DNA of 64,000 bases from Eledone cirrhosa (GCA_964016885.1 OZ024744.1:53506001-53570000); one strand, 5' to 3'; shown: positions 12,503-26,919, counted from the first letter of the stretch. Numbers and translations are program-made. Notes: generated by a model from the letters alone, not told the origin.

Positions 12503-12585
12503 CTATAGTAGAAGACACTTGCTCAGCATGATTGAATACGAAGCTACGAGGCTGGGAAGCAAACTCTTTAATTCCACAGCCACGT
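12503..12585 (-). mobile_element. Second tRNA-SINE family, 5' fragment (Octopus OK/OR-like)
   Basis: GTAGAAGACACTTGC...GGGAAGCAAACT...CACAGCCAC; a related copy lies at 24630-24912. Confidence 0.55.
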
Positions 12586-13157
12586 CTCGTAGTATATTTC
12601 AGGGTGAATGGCTAGAATCAGCCCGCCTATGATTTGAACACAAAATATCAAGGGAGATAAATAAACAACAAAAGACACTTCATCCGGCAATTTACCATAT
12701 AGGACACCATATACCTTCATCCTCCTCCTCCTCTATAATATTTGTCTCTACTTTAGGCACACAAGGCCAGTAATTACCCAGTGCATTCTATAATATTGAA
12801 ACATTTTCTTTCTCCGAAGAATGCGACTGGAAGGGGGAAGGGATGAAGCAGTCGAGTAGAATGAAGAAGGTGGGGTATTCAAATAAACCAGTAAATACAT
12901 ATATAAATCTATAAAAATGTCAGATTGTGAATGAATAATGCGTTAAATATTAAAGAAAAAGTTTGAAAACTAAAACAATAAAATAAAACAAAAAAATTAA
13001 AAAAAAGACACCACCCTTCCCAAAAGTCAGTTTGTTGATTTTTTTCTCCCGCGAGACTTGCATCTGGTCAAGATGCAAAATGGGTTGACAGGTAAACAAA
13101 CGGGTGGACAAACACACCGGTGGACGTTGGAACAGATGGACACAGCGAAATATACGG

Positions 13158-13159
<2 letters not shown>

Positions 13160-13227
<68 letters not shown>

Positions 13228-13600
13228 GTGAGCGTAAGAGAGTGAGAGAGAGAATAAGAGAGAGGGTGAGAGAGAATAAGAACGAGAGAGAGCGAAAGAC
13301 AGCGAAGGAGAAAGAGAGAGTGAGAGAGAGATGCAGTGAGAAATACAGAGACGAACAAACAGATGGACAATGCAAATGAATAAATAAAATAAAGTATGAA
13401 TGCATGCAAACAGAGACAAGGTGACAAACAGACAGACATGCTGACAGACGGACAGACAGACGGACGGAGAGATAAATATACAGAGACAAGGCGACAGACA
13501 GACAGACAGACGGACGGAGGGATAAATATACAGAGACAAGGCGACAGACAGACAGACGGACGGAGGGAGCGATAAATATACAGACAAGCAGACAAACAGC
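13160..13600. repeat. (GA)n microsatellite followed by a ~42-bp GACA-rich minisatellite
   Basis: Direct; unit GACAGACAGACGGACGGAGGGATAAATATACAGAGACAAGGC. Confidence 0.9.
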
Positions 13601-13746
13601 TTGATTGAAAGACATATAGCCGGAAACTATATACATCCATACATATATACATACATATATACATACATACACACACACATATATATATACATACTTAAAT
13701 ACATAAATACATACTACTACTAGTGGTAGCAATAGTAGTAGAAGTA

Positions 13747-13826
<80 letters not shown>

Positions 13827-13839
13827 TGAAGTTAGTGAG

Positions 13840-14000
13840 AGGGACTAGTCGATTAAATTGACCCAGTACTTAACTGGTACATTATTTTATCAACCTCGGA
13901 AGTATAAACATCAAAGTTAACCTCTGTGGGATTTCAACTCCGAAAGCAAATAGCCGGAATACCATCAAATATTTTTGCCCTACGCTCTACCGATTCTACT
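13840..14000 (-). mobile_element. Diverged tRNA-SINE copy
   Basis: CTGGTAC.TTATTTTATC.ACC...AAAGTTAACCTC.G.GGGATTT.AACTC body. Confidence 0.7.
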
Positions 14001-14004
14001 CTTT

Positions 14005-14630
14005 TGGAAAATCCTAGTAAGAACGGATTCCCTGTACCTGGAAATTAGATCGAAGGTCCTGGACCTGACCAGCAGTGAAAGAGATGTAGTTGTTTTCAGA
14101 CTTGTGGCAGTTTATGCCCAGACAAGTGCTGGATGACCTTTCTTCTTTAGACGTTTAGAGACTTTCCTGGGGAAATCTTGCTCATTAGTGTTACTGGGTA
14201 ATGGAAACGATATTTTCGATGCACGTAGGGATTATGTGACGTGGCCAACAGAACATGGATGTGCCAAAACTTTACAAAACGGCAATTGAGATTTCAACGG
14301 TCTGGTAAATTTCCTATAGATTGTCCGAATTTTCCAAGGAGAACTTCAATAAATTGCAGTTGGTCATCAACGTTGTATTTAGATGGACTGTTCATCAAAG
14401 TAGCAAATACAATCAGAGTGAGATGTCCATAGTTTCGTGTAGTGTGATATAGGGACCAAGAACTTGGGATGTGTTCAGTAAACTTACAACAACCTAGTAG
14501 ACAGTGGCCTGGAAACTATACGTGTCCTTCTCGGCATGGAAATAATTAAAAGACCAGTTTAGTGAATATGTGAAACGGGAACAAAACCAACAAGTGGTAG
14601 GTTTTGTTAATAAGCAAAATTTAGTAGGAT
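14005..14630 (+). mobile_element. Tx1/L1 LINE APE-domain fragment, old
   Basis: Alignable by eye to 43220-43820 (GTCCTGGAC.TGACCAGC, TTCAGACT.GTGGCAGTTTATGC, GAGACTTTCCTGGG). Confidence 0.75.
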
Positions 14631-14638
14631 TGTTGTTG

Positions 14639-14669
<31 letters not shown>

Positions 14670-14810
14670 TCTTCTTCTTCTTCTTCTTCTTCTTCTTCTT
14701 CTTCTTCTTCTTCTTCTTCTTCTTCTTCTTCTTCTTCTTCTTCTTCTTCTTCTTCTTCTTCTTCTTCTTCTTCTTCTTCTTCTTCTTCTTCTTCTTCATC
14801 TTCTTCTACT
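14630..14810. repeat. (GTT)(GCT)(CTT)n microsatellite
   Basis: Direct. Confidence 0.95.
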
Positions 14811-14989
14811 CCCCCCCGCCTCCTCCTACTCCTCTATAAATATACGTGGTATAAGGGGAATCAAAGACAGAGATCAACATTTGTTATGGTCTTCAATTAT
14901 GTGCCTGATGATCGCAGGGCTGATCTGTCAACGTGAACAACAAACTATATTTTAAGCCACAGCTGCCCAAGTACAAACACTTTATACAT

Positions 14990-17900
14990 TAGACATATCA
15001 GACATAAAAGAACATTCGGCCCAGGATGCACAACTCATCACAAGAGAAAAGACTAGGGCCAACCTAACGTTCCGACAGAGGTACGGGCAGCGGCGGAGAG
15101 AAGGGCTCACAAGTATAGATGCACTTCAGTGCAATCGCGTAAAGCAAAGATGGCTTCCCAACAACAAGTGGAGACAGCACTGAAGTGCAACATGAAGGAC
15201 ATTGAACACATAGCAAGGGCCAAAAAATTCGGGAGCATCTCGGTGCTCTTTGATAAAAACCTCTTGTTATCAAACATTCAGTGGCTCCCTGCAAGTCGGA
15301 CCAAATCGTCATGTACCCGTTCTACACACCCTCCACGCCCTGATACGCCCTCGTCGTCAAATTGACAAAATGGGAGAATGGTTCGGGACTGGTTTAGAGA
15401 GTCTTCTACAAATCAGACCTGAAGACAAAAAATATCCCGGACCATGTATGACTACCGGACGGCTACAAGATTGAAGTGGTTACTGGGAGCAAAAAGTAGC
15501 ACCGATTCGTTTGCGCTGAATCCACACATCTGCGAGCCATCTGTCCTCAGTTGAAAATTGCAGGGTGCCGCCAACCCTCGTTGCTGCCAACACCAATGCC
15601 GGGACAAACAACTGTGGTACCAACAACTCTATCACCGGCAAAAAACAAAGTCAACACCACCAGCAACAGCAGTGACAGACAAAAATAAAATCATCCAAGA
15701 GAAAGGTGAGAAAAGCTCTCACATTCTCTGTCTCTCTTTCTCTGCCCCTCATCAAACAACAAATACACACATAAATACACAAACACGCACCCGCCTTCTG
15801 AAACAGACATCAGTCCTCAAACACTCCTTCCAGCAGGTCCTGTCAGAAGAAACTGTTACCAGCTGATCCAGCTCGATCCCCAACCGAGTTATCCAGCCCT
15901 CTTGCTCGGTGTCTACCACCGGGTCTCATGCCGGTTGGTTTTGCCCGTAAATTCTCTCAAGTGGTTCTTTCCTGGGACATTCTAACTACATGCCCTTAGT
16001 ATCGGAGAAGTAGCAGCTCTACCTGGAGTAACTCACTGATCTCCGAGCTACGTACACACACAGCATAGACAAACACAAATCAAACACCACCAGCACTACC
16101 ACTCGCACCAAGCAGCGAATAAAAAGGAACATTCACAACCACAACAGCCGATCACATCCACACAACGAGCAAAAAGGAAGGGCTAAGAAAGATATATTTA
16201 AAGGGCCGGAAGACCCGATAATGGCATGGATGTCGCTCGGTACCTACACGGACATTAGTGAGAGCTTTCCTCATGAATTAGGAATCCTAATGTGAGACCA
16301 ACTGGTAAAATTATAGAGGGGCTCCTAAAAGAAACCACAGGAAATATCGAGTTTGAACCACCTGATCTCCAAGAGAGCCCGAAAGGAGAAAAGACACCCC
16401 TTTTTTCTCATGAACAACCAGCCAACATAGCTATTAGCAGAGTAGCTTGTTTAAATGTTCGTGGCCTGGAGTCGTCCTGCAAGCTGGGTCGCTTGCTGAA
16501 CGACCTTAGGTCACTAGATATGGATGTAACTGCGGTCAGTGAAACCAGGATTTCCGACGCTTCCTTACTAGCCCCCATTTTTGACGACTGTCAGATCTTC
16601 GCATCTTTTAGTCGAGCGGGAATTGGAAATAGGATGGCAGTGCTGGCGAGGAAAGGCCTGTCTTCGTGGTACGGATGATTTTCCTGGTCCCAGGCGGTAA
16701 ATTGAAGGTCCTGGACGTGAGCAATAGCGAAGATGGTGTCTTTAGATGGGAGGCAGTCAACGCCCCTACCAGGGACGGCCAGCCGGATTTCTTTAGGCAC
16801 CGAGAAGCCTTTCTAGGAACATTTTGCCCTTTACTGTTAACGGGGGACTGGAACGAAATCTTTGACGCGCACTGGAATTGTGTGGGAGTAGCAGATAGGA
16901 TGGGGGTGGGGGGAGCAAAAGCCTCAAGTACCTGATCAGTCAGTTCCAAGGTAAAGTTTAGATTTCAAAAATGCCCCAGTGTGGATCTTGAAAAATTGCA
17001 TAGCATCATCTAGACCGTATATAGACAGGTTTTTCGTTAGGTTAAAAGATAAGGGTAGTATAGGTTGTTCACAATTCCAAACGGTTGCTTATTCACACCA
17101 CAAATTTGTGGTCTGCATGGTCGACTTAAATAGAACATATAGGTTAGAGCCTGGTTACAGGAAGCTTAACGCGTCATTCTCGGCGCGTAAAGCATACAGA
17201 GACTGGGTTGTCACTTTAGTTAATAGTACGTTGACAGGGGGTCATCAACAACATGTTAAGCAGCTGTTCTGGGAACACGGGGGTTCGGAGACGGTTTCTG
17301 ACTTCAGTTCCTACCTTAATGGCCTGCCGCGACTCTCGGCAGCCGATTCTGGGTGCTGCGAAAGGTCGATAACATCAGCCGAAATTCGGAATGCTCTGGT
17401 CGGCTGCACGAGGCACATGTCAACTGGGGCTGTCCGCTAGCTTCGGTCACGTTTTCAGAGGATGGTTAGCTGCAATTTACAGCGGCAACTGCTCGGTGGT
17501 CCAAGTAAATGGCCATCTTTCGAAACCGTTTCAGACCAAGCACGCTCTCCACTGTTCTGTACGTATTGACTCACGAGCCTTTACTGCAGAAGCTAGATGT
17601 GTTGCAGGGCATACCGCTTGAACCGGGACGTGATAGGATTGCGTCGGCATATGCGGACATCCCTGTGAAGGTATTGAACACCTCGGAAATAGACGTGGTC
17701 AGCAACTTCCTGAAGAAATAGGAAAGTAGATGGGTTTGTAACTCAGAACCGGGAGAGGCAAATCCATGCTGTTCAACAGCTTCATCAGAAGCTGGATGGA
17801 CGGTCCAGTGAAGTTGCTCCGGGGTCTGGTTCAGGCCAGACCAGGTGGATAAGAACTGGTACGAGGTAACGATAAAGAGAAGAAGTCACCCTCACCCAGA

Positions 17901-19400
17901 AATGAGCCTAGAGTAAGCTATCCCTGAAAGATCGGGTGCAGGTGGCGTATGCATACATCACGTCCGTCATCTATTACCACCTGACTGTTGTGCTTTGCCC
18001 CGGTTCGCAATTCACCAAACTGGAAGGTGTGCTTATCCGCTTTTTTGTGGAAGGGACAAGTTCCATTGGTGAGGCGGTTCATCTGCTGTCAGCCCATCTA
18101 CACAGAGAGCTTGGCCTGCCATAATTAATTGTTTCTACTTTAGGCACAAGGCCAGCAATTACCCAGTACATTACTGGTACTTTATTTTATCGACCCCGTA
18201 AGGATGGAAGGCAAAGTTAACCTCGGCGGGATTTGAACTCAGACTGTAAAGGGACGTAACTATGCTAGAAAGCATGGCGTCCGACTCTCTACCAATGTAC
18301 TGCCAATGATGTGCAAACATGCGTTGAGGCTGTGGCGCATCCAGGTATTCTTCCTAAACGTTGAACAGGTGTTGTCACCGTTTATGAGACAGGTCATTCA
18401 GCAGCACGTCTCTCTCACTGAGCTGCATAAAAGAGACAGTGACTTGGCGCCTGGCATCTGGAATGTTGCCAGGCGATCACTGGATTCTACCAAGCGGGCA
18501 ATGCAGTCAGTGGATGTTCCACTCAAGAGTTCTATACAGCTTTAGCGGTGCGGAAGTGCAACGACGCTCACGGAGAGGCACTGTGAGTCGACGAAATCGA
18601 ATTGACCAGTCTGTTCCGGAGGACTTTCGAGCCGGGGATGATAGATAACTTCCAGAAATCCTACGCTTGGCGGTGCTACCTGGGGGACTGCCGGTTTGAG
18701 ATAAATTGTTCAAGCACAGAGTGCTTCAGACGGATCTACCCGAAATCTGCGCCAAACGCCGAAACCGTTCTGCACGTACTCATCCAGTATCTGTGTATTG
18801 TTGACATATGGAGTTATGTCGAACAGCTGTTATCGCGTGTGGGACGGATCCGGCTATCAATCGAGTCCATAATGAAGATCGCCTCGGCGCCTTCTTTTGA
18901 CTGGGAAGAACAGGCAATTTTATTCTGTCTGGTGGCGGTAGCTAAAGCGGTTGTATGGTGGACCATGTTAAAAGGACTGAAGACAGACACTTTTCTCTTC
19001 GGCAACCTTTCCAAGTTCCACTTGGAAAGGAAGGTGAGGATGGAGAGAGAAATGTTTACCCTCAATACATTTGCTAAAATGTGGGTGACAATTGCGATGA
19101 TGGTACGTGTGAATGAGTTTACTCTGACCATGCACCAATAGGCTGGCTGATTTGAAGATGAGAGGGTGCCCTTCCCGGGAGTGCTCGTGGAACGTCGGTT
19201 TGTTCAGGATTATTTGGGTACCTGAGTCACCCCTTGGTGGTCCTCTCCCTACTGGGGAATTTTCACTGATGTAATGCCTTTGTTTATTGTTACTGTTTAT
19301 CATATAATTTACTAGATTATATTGTAAACCCCCACTGTCCATGTTTATTGTATTGTCCCCTATATGTATGCCCTTGTGCCCTACATATAGAGGACAATAA
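14990..19400 (+). mobile_element. Tx1/L1 LINE, older subfamily, degraded ORF1+ORF2+3'UTR with internal deletions
   Basis: ORF1 remnant VQSRKAKMASQQQVETAL..KKFGSISVLF resembles the 41418 ORF1. APE ACLNVRGL..AVSETR; RT SAYAD; C-terminal ETVLHVLIQ; AATAAA at ~19396. Confidence 0.85.
18122..18306 (-). mobile_element. tRNA-derived SINE nested in Tx1 ORF2
   Basis: Near-complete SINE interrupting the GLGMP/LMMRKHAL coding region. Confidence 0.9.
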
Positions 19401-19409
19401 AATACGTAC

Positions 19410-22400
19410 TTCCGACGCCTGGTCCGTTGCTACCAGGAGCAGAGCAGGCAACAACGGCAGCAGGCCCTTCCTCGGTGAGTAGGAGAGTAACGTCTGTGGC
19501 ACACATACCAAGGCCATGGACAACTAAAACAGAGGCAGCAGTGACGGCAACACCAGTAGCTACATTTGCAGTAGCTACACCGACGGCAAAATCGCCGTAG
19601 CGGGCTATACTACCACCACAAAAAGCCGTGGAGCACATACTGCTTCCAGACGCCATGGAATTTGACATGGAGTGTGAAGTGGGAGAGGAGTGGAAAAAGG
19701 TCTGTCACAAAAAAAGAAAAGAAAGAACCCTTAGCTTCGCCACCCAAAGGTGAGGGCAAACAAAGAATGGTAAAAGTTGCAAGGCGACTCGCAGCAACAC
19801 CACAACCATCACCAACACAAGCATCACCACCAACAACAACCATACCACCAGCATCACCACAAACACCAACATCGTAAACACGACAAGGCACACATACCCA
19901 ACAGCAACAACAAGAAAAAGGCAATACCCCCGCCCCCCTCTAAAAAAAACAAAAAAAACATTACACAGCCATAAACATGGCAAATAAAGAACTCTTAGAA
20001 CATATAAAGCAGCACACAGGCATTACAGAAAAAAATTACTACACCCTACCAACACCAAGAACTCGCACGAAAATAATAATTATTAAAATTAAATTAGAAC
20101 CTTATAAACATTTAAAAGAAAAATTCCCCAACGCAGTTGGAGAGTTCAGTAGGTCGGTTACCAAGAGACTATACACGGGCATTATCTTGGAGACACTTAT
20201 GACCAACCAAAAGGACGGTTCGACCATCCTTTCCTACACGATCAAGGTAAGTGATCCTTTCCCACTTACCCCCGTTTCCTCACCAAACACGGCTTTACTT
20301 AGAATAGGCAGTATAAATGTACGTGGACTGAGGTCATCTTGGAAGCAGGGTCACCTGCTTAACGACCTCAGGTCACTAAACATAGATGTGGTGGCCATCA
20401 GCGAGACCAGAATCTCCGAAGCATGAGCCTTCGCACCGATCTTCGCCGTCCAGGATCGGGAGGAGTTTCTGTGCTTTTTCGGAGAGGCTTGGATCTCGCC
20501 ATACCGGCCATCTTCCTGGACCCAGAAGGTAAGTCGGTGGTGCTGGACGTGACCGGCAGCGAAGGCAATGCTTTCAGGCTAGTAGCCGTCTATGCTCCAA
20601 CAGGGGCAGGACGGACAAATTTCTTCAGACGTCTAGAGACCTTTCTGGGAACGTCCCGCTCTTTAGTGTTAGTGGCCGACTGGAACGGTATCTCGGATGC
20701 ACGCTGGGACTGTGTGGAGCTAGTAAATAGGGGAGAATGATATAAAAAAGCTCACCAACTTGCTCAGACGTTTTCAAATGTCTGGCAGGTAACGACTGGA
20801 TTATGCGAATGTGCCAAGGTGGACATGGGTAAACCGCATCGAGTCATCCAGATCGTATTTATATAGGGTATTCTGTAGGGAAACAGATAAGGCTAGTGTA
20901 GGTTGTCCACAATTTAAAGTAATCGACTATCTGCACCATAAATTTGCGATCTGTAAGTCGACTTAGATAGAGTTCATAGGCAAGGGCCTGGTTACTGGAA
21001 GCTGAACGCGTCGTCCCCGTCGCACAAAGCTTACAGAGACCGGATAAATGAATTAGTTAAGCGTGCATTAACAGGTGTGATCATCAACAACAGGTGGTGG
21101 TTTACCCTGAAAAGGACAATTCGAGTAGAATCGATAAGGTTTAGAAAAGGAGTAGCGATAGAGGAAAATAGAGTTGAAGCAGAGCTAGTTAGACTGATAG
21201 AAGAGGCGTTTAGGACAGGCACGTAACCGACGTCTTTGCGGCGAGATTGGCACTCGATCATTTCTTCAACGCAAAGCACAAAGGCTGCGTTTTCAGAGTT
21301 AGAGCGCGTGCTCCGTGAGATGAGGGGACAAAAGCCGTCCAATGAGACCGGGTGGTGGAGGCGTGACGTGGTAACAAAGCTACAATTCAGTCTTTGCCTG
21401 ACCAAAACGGGCGCACGTTACTCGAACCCGAGCAGATGTGTGCGGCTTTTCAGCAGCTCTTTGCTCAACTGTTTGGGAGCGGCGGCGGGCCGGATCGTAG
21501 TATGGACTTCGGTGCATATTTCGACGGACTGCCGCAGCTCTCGACGACCGTCGTGCAGTATTGCGAAAAGCCGATAACAGCCGGTGAAATACGGGAAGCG
21601 ATGTCTGTTTTCACGAGGCGTAAATCGACAGGTTTGGATGGTCTACCTTACGAGCTTTATGCGTACATGCCAGACTTGTTCGGTGACCTCTTCACAGATG
21701 TCTACTGCAACTGGCAGCAGAACGAGAGCATTCCCAGCTCTGTGAGCCGGGGAGAGATGGTGCTGTTGAGAAAAGACCCGGACAAGGGGCACGTTATAGA
21801 CAACTTCTCGCCTATAACTCTGCTAAACGCAGAGTTCAAGATTTTGGCCAAGGTGTTAGCAACGAGATTGGAGCTTGTCGTCTGTGGTCTGGTGGGAGAG
21901 GCGCAGACTTGCGCCATTCCAGACAGATCCACCAACGACAACCTCCAAACCTCCATCTCATGCGATACATCGTGGATGGGGTAGCTAGGGAATATGGCAC
22001 GGGTGGGACCTTGATCAATTTAGATCAAACGATAGCTTTCGATAGGGTCGACCATCGCACTACACTAAGAGAATACGAAGCGGTGGAGGAGCAATGATTA
22101 ACCAGGAAAAGTCGGTGGGCCTGCGGTTTGGAACCTGGAGAGGCAGGTCCATACCATCCAACAACGTTGTCGGGCGCTGGCCGATTGGACTGGTTGGGCA
22201 ATGCGATCGGTGGAAACTCAACCTTGGCGTTCTATAGAGGGTTAGTGAAGGGAAAATGTGATGACGTCCTTGGGGAGACTATGGGTGTGGAAGAAAATCA
22301 ACTAGCCAATCTCTTCGGGAGATCTTTCGGGCCGGGACCCATGGACAAATCCCTGGCCTGGCAGTGCTACCGGGGAGCTTTGCCAGTTTAGGATAAATTC

Positions 22401-22960
22401 TACAGGCATGAAAGTACCGGCAGCCGAGTCTGTCCGAATTGCGCGCACAGCGATGAAACTGTCCTTTACACACGTCCAGTGTCCGAGCATTGCTGCCTTG
22501 TGGGTTTATGTAGGAACACCTGCTGTCGTGTGTAGGACGGATCCGGCTATCAGCTGAGTCCATCTTGAGGATTGGCTCGCGGTCTTCTTTACCCGGGAAG
22601 CGAAGGTAGTTTTTATCTGCCTGGGGCCATGGTGAAAGAGGTCGTGTGGTGGACGTGTTTGAAAGGGCTGAAGACGAGCACTTATCTTTTCGGCGATATC
22701 CTGATTAACCTCTCCGAATTTCATTTGAAAAGGAAAATTAGTGGGGAGTGCAATTTGTTGAAAGTTGGGTGAGAGAGGCAAGCATAGCCTGAGTGAATTG
22801 GGCCTGCTCTGGGCATACGCCTGTAGATTTGAGATGGAAAACTGGGAGAGGGCAGTTATACTGGTGGCCAGGCTTACCGTGGTTTTTTTAATTGGCTTTC
22901 TTCATGAGTGACCCTTGGAAGTCTCCCCCCCCCCCTATTGGGGAATTTACCTTTGATTAT
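19410..22960 (+). mobile_element. Tx1/L1 LINE copy, 5'-truncated with internal deletions
   Basis: ORF1 C-terminus, RIGSINVRGL..DVVAISETR APE, RT N-half (21394-21984), deletions near 22058 and 22185, C-terminal domain and 3'UTR. Confidence 0.9.
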
Positions 22961-23339
22961 ATGTGAAACGGTGTGCAACAAGGTTGGCCTTTTGAATTAC
23001 ATATACATTTCTTCTTTATCTATCTATATATTACTAAAAGTTTTCGATTGCTTGTTTGCTTGCTTGTCTGTAATGTAATACAGCCAAAAGGGCGCATAAT
23101 GGGAAAATACTTTGAAAGGAAGTTGACCCTAAAATACGAATACAAATGGAATATAACAAGTTTCGCGTAAATTGAAGCACGGGTTCCCGAGATGTGGGGT
23201 TTTCTGGGTACCTTCATAAACAGAGAGAGAGGGGGATAGAGAAAAAGAGATAGTGGTTCTGGAGAGTAGATCGAAAGAGAGACATAGAGAGAGGAGACAG
23301 AGAAGAAGAATATAAGAGAAAGAGCTGGTGGTGTTGTTT

Positions 23340-23370
<31 letters not shown>

Positions 23371-23476
23371 ATTTGTGTGTGTTTATGGCCAGTGTATATA
23401 GATCAGACACCCATATATATATACACACACACATACATACATATATATGTGTAGACAGACACACACACAGCCACAC

Positions 23477-23569
<93 letters not shown>

Positions 23570-23570
<1 letters not shown>

Positions 23571-23632
23571 TAAAATAACAGATTAAAGTTTAAGCAAAGA
23601 ATCGCTGCTTTCACGCTTAACGGGATCTTCTA
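23570..23632. repeat. Dispersed repeat X (ATTAAAATAACAG.TTAAAGTTTAAGCAAAG...), truncated; other copies at 29974-30155 and 33597-33772
   Basis: Three near-identical copies, each preceded by (TA)n. Confidence 0.8.
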
Positions 23633-23720
23633 AATATTTGCTCTACGGTTCTTATATATCTGATATATATTTATCCTTATCGAGCCCTCTTTGGATTTTA
23701 CTCTTCAAATTTATTATTAT

Positions 23721-23817
<97 letters not shown>

Positions 23818-24422
23818 ACGAAGGAAATGTTGTAAGGAACCAGATGGACCATAACGCACCAAAGTACTCAATACTTAGGGTAGTAGAGTGGGTAATAGGA
23901 ACGAGTAGGACCCCGACGGCTGAGCTCAAGCCGTTTCGACGGCTAATTCTGGACTAAATGAACATTTTTATCCTGGTAAATGAATAGCCGAGCTTCTCAG
24001 GGGTAATTCCATATATGGTAAAAGTGATTGTCACAAGGATTGGTCAAAAGTTTGTTGTTGAGACATACAATTCTATCATGGCATTTCGACTTCCTCCCCC
24101 CTCTCTAGTATACTTCTCTCGACCTCTTATCCTTCGGATTCTGCGGTAGTTGTCACTTTCAACGCACGACTGGGTTTCCTCCACTCCCTCTCCCTCTTTC
24201 TTCTACTGGCAAGTTCAGCTACCCCTTCCTTCCACAAAATGCCATGATAGAATTATGTCTCAACAACAAACTTTTGACCAATTCTTGTGACAATCACTTT
24301 TACCATATATGGAATTACCCTCTGAGAAGATCGGCTATTCATTTACCAGGATAAACATTTTCATTTAGTCCAGAATTAGCCGTCGAAACGGCTTGAGCTC
24401 AGCCGTCGGGGTCCTACTCGTT

Positions 24423-24427
<5 letters not shown>
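23818..24427. mobile_element. (TA)n-flanked fold-back element: ~190-bp inverted arms, 150-nt pyrimidine-rich spacer, ~77-nt one-sided tail; PLE pLTR derivative
   Basis: Arms 23895-24086 and 24237-24427; hammerhead topology in each arm. Confidence 0.85.
24317..24412 (+). ncRNA. Type I hammerhead-like motif, core variant CTGAGAA (mirror copy on the minus strand at ~23910-24004)
   Basis: accct-CTGAGAA-gatcggcta...tagccgtc-GAAA-cggct tgagctc agccg-TC^ggggt; GUC cleavage triplet and 5-bp stem III. Confidence 0.7.
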
Positions 24428-24478
<51 letters not shown>

Positions 24479-24629
24479 TACACACACGTATATATACGGG
24501 CCTTCGAGTTTCATTTCACATTATATACATGTCTGAATATTTTAATTATTTAAAAATTATTTTTAAGTGAACATGATTTCTAAAAAAATATTTTGAAGTG
24601 AACGTGACCCAACGGATCACGCGTGGTCT

Positions 24630-24912
24630 AGTTATAGTATAAATGGCTGATCATTCCATAGATTCGCGTACCAATAATGTAATTCCCAGGGAGATTCTGC
24701 TTGGCACAGTGTGTAACAAGGTTGACCCTTTTGAATTACATGTAGTGTTCACCCTTCCAGAAAGCTTACAAACAGTTTGCATCTACCCAAATTCACTTAC
24801 AAAGGACGTGTCGAACGAGTCTATGGTAAATTACACTTGTCCAAGATGTCACACAGTGAGATCGAAACCTAAGTAAATTTTACAGAGTTAGCTTCTTAAC
24901 TATCCCGCTACA
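24630..24912 (-). mobile_element. Diverged OK/OR-like SINE
   Basis: ACACTTGTCCAAG.TGTCACACAGTG.GATCGAA...CTTCTTAAC; GTAACAAGGTTGACCCTTTTGAATTACA is shared with 22970-23000. Confidence 0.5.
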
Positions 24913-25099
24913 CTTTGTCACAACACATTAGAGAGACGAGGAATAACCGTGATTACTTCAGAGCTGCTTTACTAGTTTCTGTCTATTTCGTTGATTGGTT
25001 CCTTCCATTCAGCAATTTGCACTATTCACGATAGTCATCGCTAATGTGTACACATAGTCCTTGTGTCGCTATAGCAAGTCAAACTAATACACGGTGGGT

Positions 25100-25565
25100 G
25101 GCAGTGGAGGGCATATTTGGTGTTGGCGTAGTTATTTGCGGTGGCGGCGGTCGTAGTGATGATGGTAATGATGGTAGCTGAGGTGGTAATGTAAAGGAAG
25201 AGGAAGTTATAGTGTTGGTGGTTCTGGTTATGGTGTTGATGGTGGGGGTGGGGGTGGGGTGGTTGTAGTACTGATTGTGTCGGTTCTGGTAATGGTGGTG
25301 GTGAAGGTTGTGTTGATTCTGGTGATGTTAGTGATGGTGATGGTGATGGAAATTGTAGCGGTGGTTCTAGTGATGATGGCGATGGTGACGCGGGTGGTGG
25401 TAGTAATGGTTGTAGTGGTTGTGGTGGTAGTTAGTTGTTGTGATGATGGTTACTATACTGGAGATGTCGTTTGTGGAGTTGTTCGTGGTGATGATGCTCT
25501 TCTAACTCCTGCTGTTGGTATTGTTGTTGTTGTTGTTGTTGGTGGTGGTGGTTTGTATCAGGCAT

Positions 25566-25635
<70 letters not shown>

Positions 25636-25762
25636 ATATATATGTACATATACATATATATATTAAGTATATATGTATGTATGTATATATATATATATAT
25701 ATTATATATATATATATATTATATTATGTATGTATATATATATATATATGTATGTATGTATG

Positions 25763-25796
<34 letters not shown>

Positions 25797-25928
25797 ATAT
25801 ATATATTATGTATGTATGTATATATATATGTATGTATATATGTATATATATATATACATATATACATACATACATTATATATATATATATATATATATAT
25901 ATTATGTATGTATGTATATATATGTATG

Positions 25929-25968
<40 letters not shown>

Positions 25969-25995
25969 GTATGTATATATGTATGTATGTATATA

Positions 25996-26074
<79 letters not shown>

Positions 26075-26100
26075 TTGAGAGAGAGAGAGAAAGAGAGAGA
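25100..26100. repeat. (GGT/GAT)n low complexity, then long compound (TA)n/(TATG)n and (GA)n
   Basis: Direct. Confidence 0.9.
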
Positions 26101-26853
26101 AGTGGGATGAAAGAGAAGGAGAATTCCATTGTGAAATAAAGTAATGAATATTACCCTAACCCCGTTCCCACCCGCCTCTTGCTTTCGGTGCATAAACGTA
26201 CTACTACTAATAACAACTACATCCATTAAAACTAATACTAGTAATACTACTAACACTACAACTACTGCTGTTGATACCAGCACCAAAACCACAGATGTCT
26301 CAATTACAGCCGCACCAAAACAACAACTGCAACAACAACAGTCCCCCCCCCTCTATTCTCTCTGCTTTCCTCTACTCCACCATCATTAATCTCACTACCC
26401 CCCCCTCTCTTCACCTGACCTCCCATACCCTCCCCCTCTTCATCTACCACGCCATCACCTCCACTACTGGTTTCTCTTTCTCTCTCGCCCTCCCTTATTA
26501 CACACAACATCATGTCTCCTATCTAGCTGTTCTCCCTGACAACAAGAAAATGTAGATTGTAAACATACAAATTGCTGGGGTCTTGCAACCAATGATAAGC
26601 AACTTTATATTATTAATAAATGCATATGAATATTAAAGGAGTGACATTTCATCAGAATATTCACAACGACAAGGGAGTGGACTTGTTTACTTTACCATCA
26701 AACCACTCCACATTTCGGGACTTACAACTACTGTGGAAACAAAGAGCTCAACAGCCGTCGTTTGGAGACATCTATACAGTAGAAAGGATAAAGATATGTT
26801 ATACGTTCTGTGAAAAGAGAAAGGAGAGAGACACAGACACAGACACAGACACA

Positions 26854-26919
<66 letters not shown>

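Noticed and set aside
19977-20426. Apparent in-frame ORF1-ORF2 fusion in a Tx1 copy
   Set aside because: Caused by a 1-nt deletion relative to the 50505 and 56340 copies, which have a stop at AAG TGA.
25515-26139. Long YI/CV/RE-repeat ORFs (also 4111, 7227, 8634, 12950, 14494, 35553, 36537, 63173)
   Set aside because: Translations of microsatellites or low-complexity DNA.
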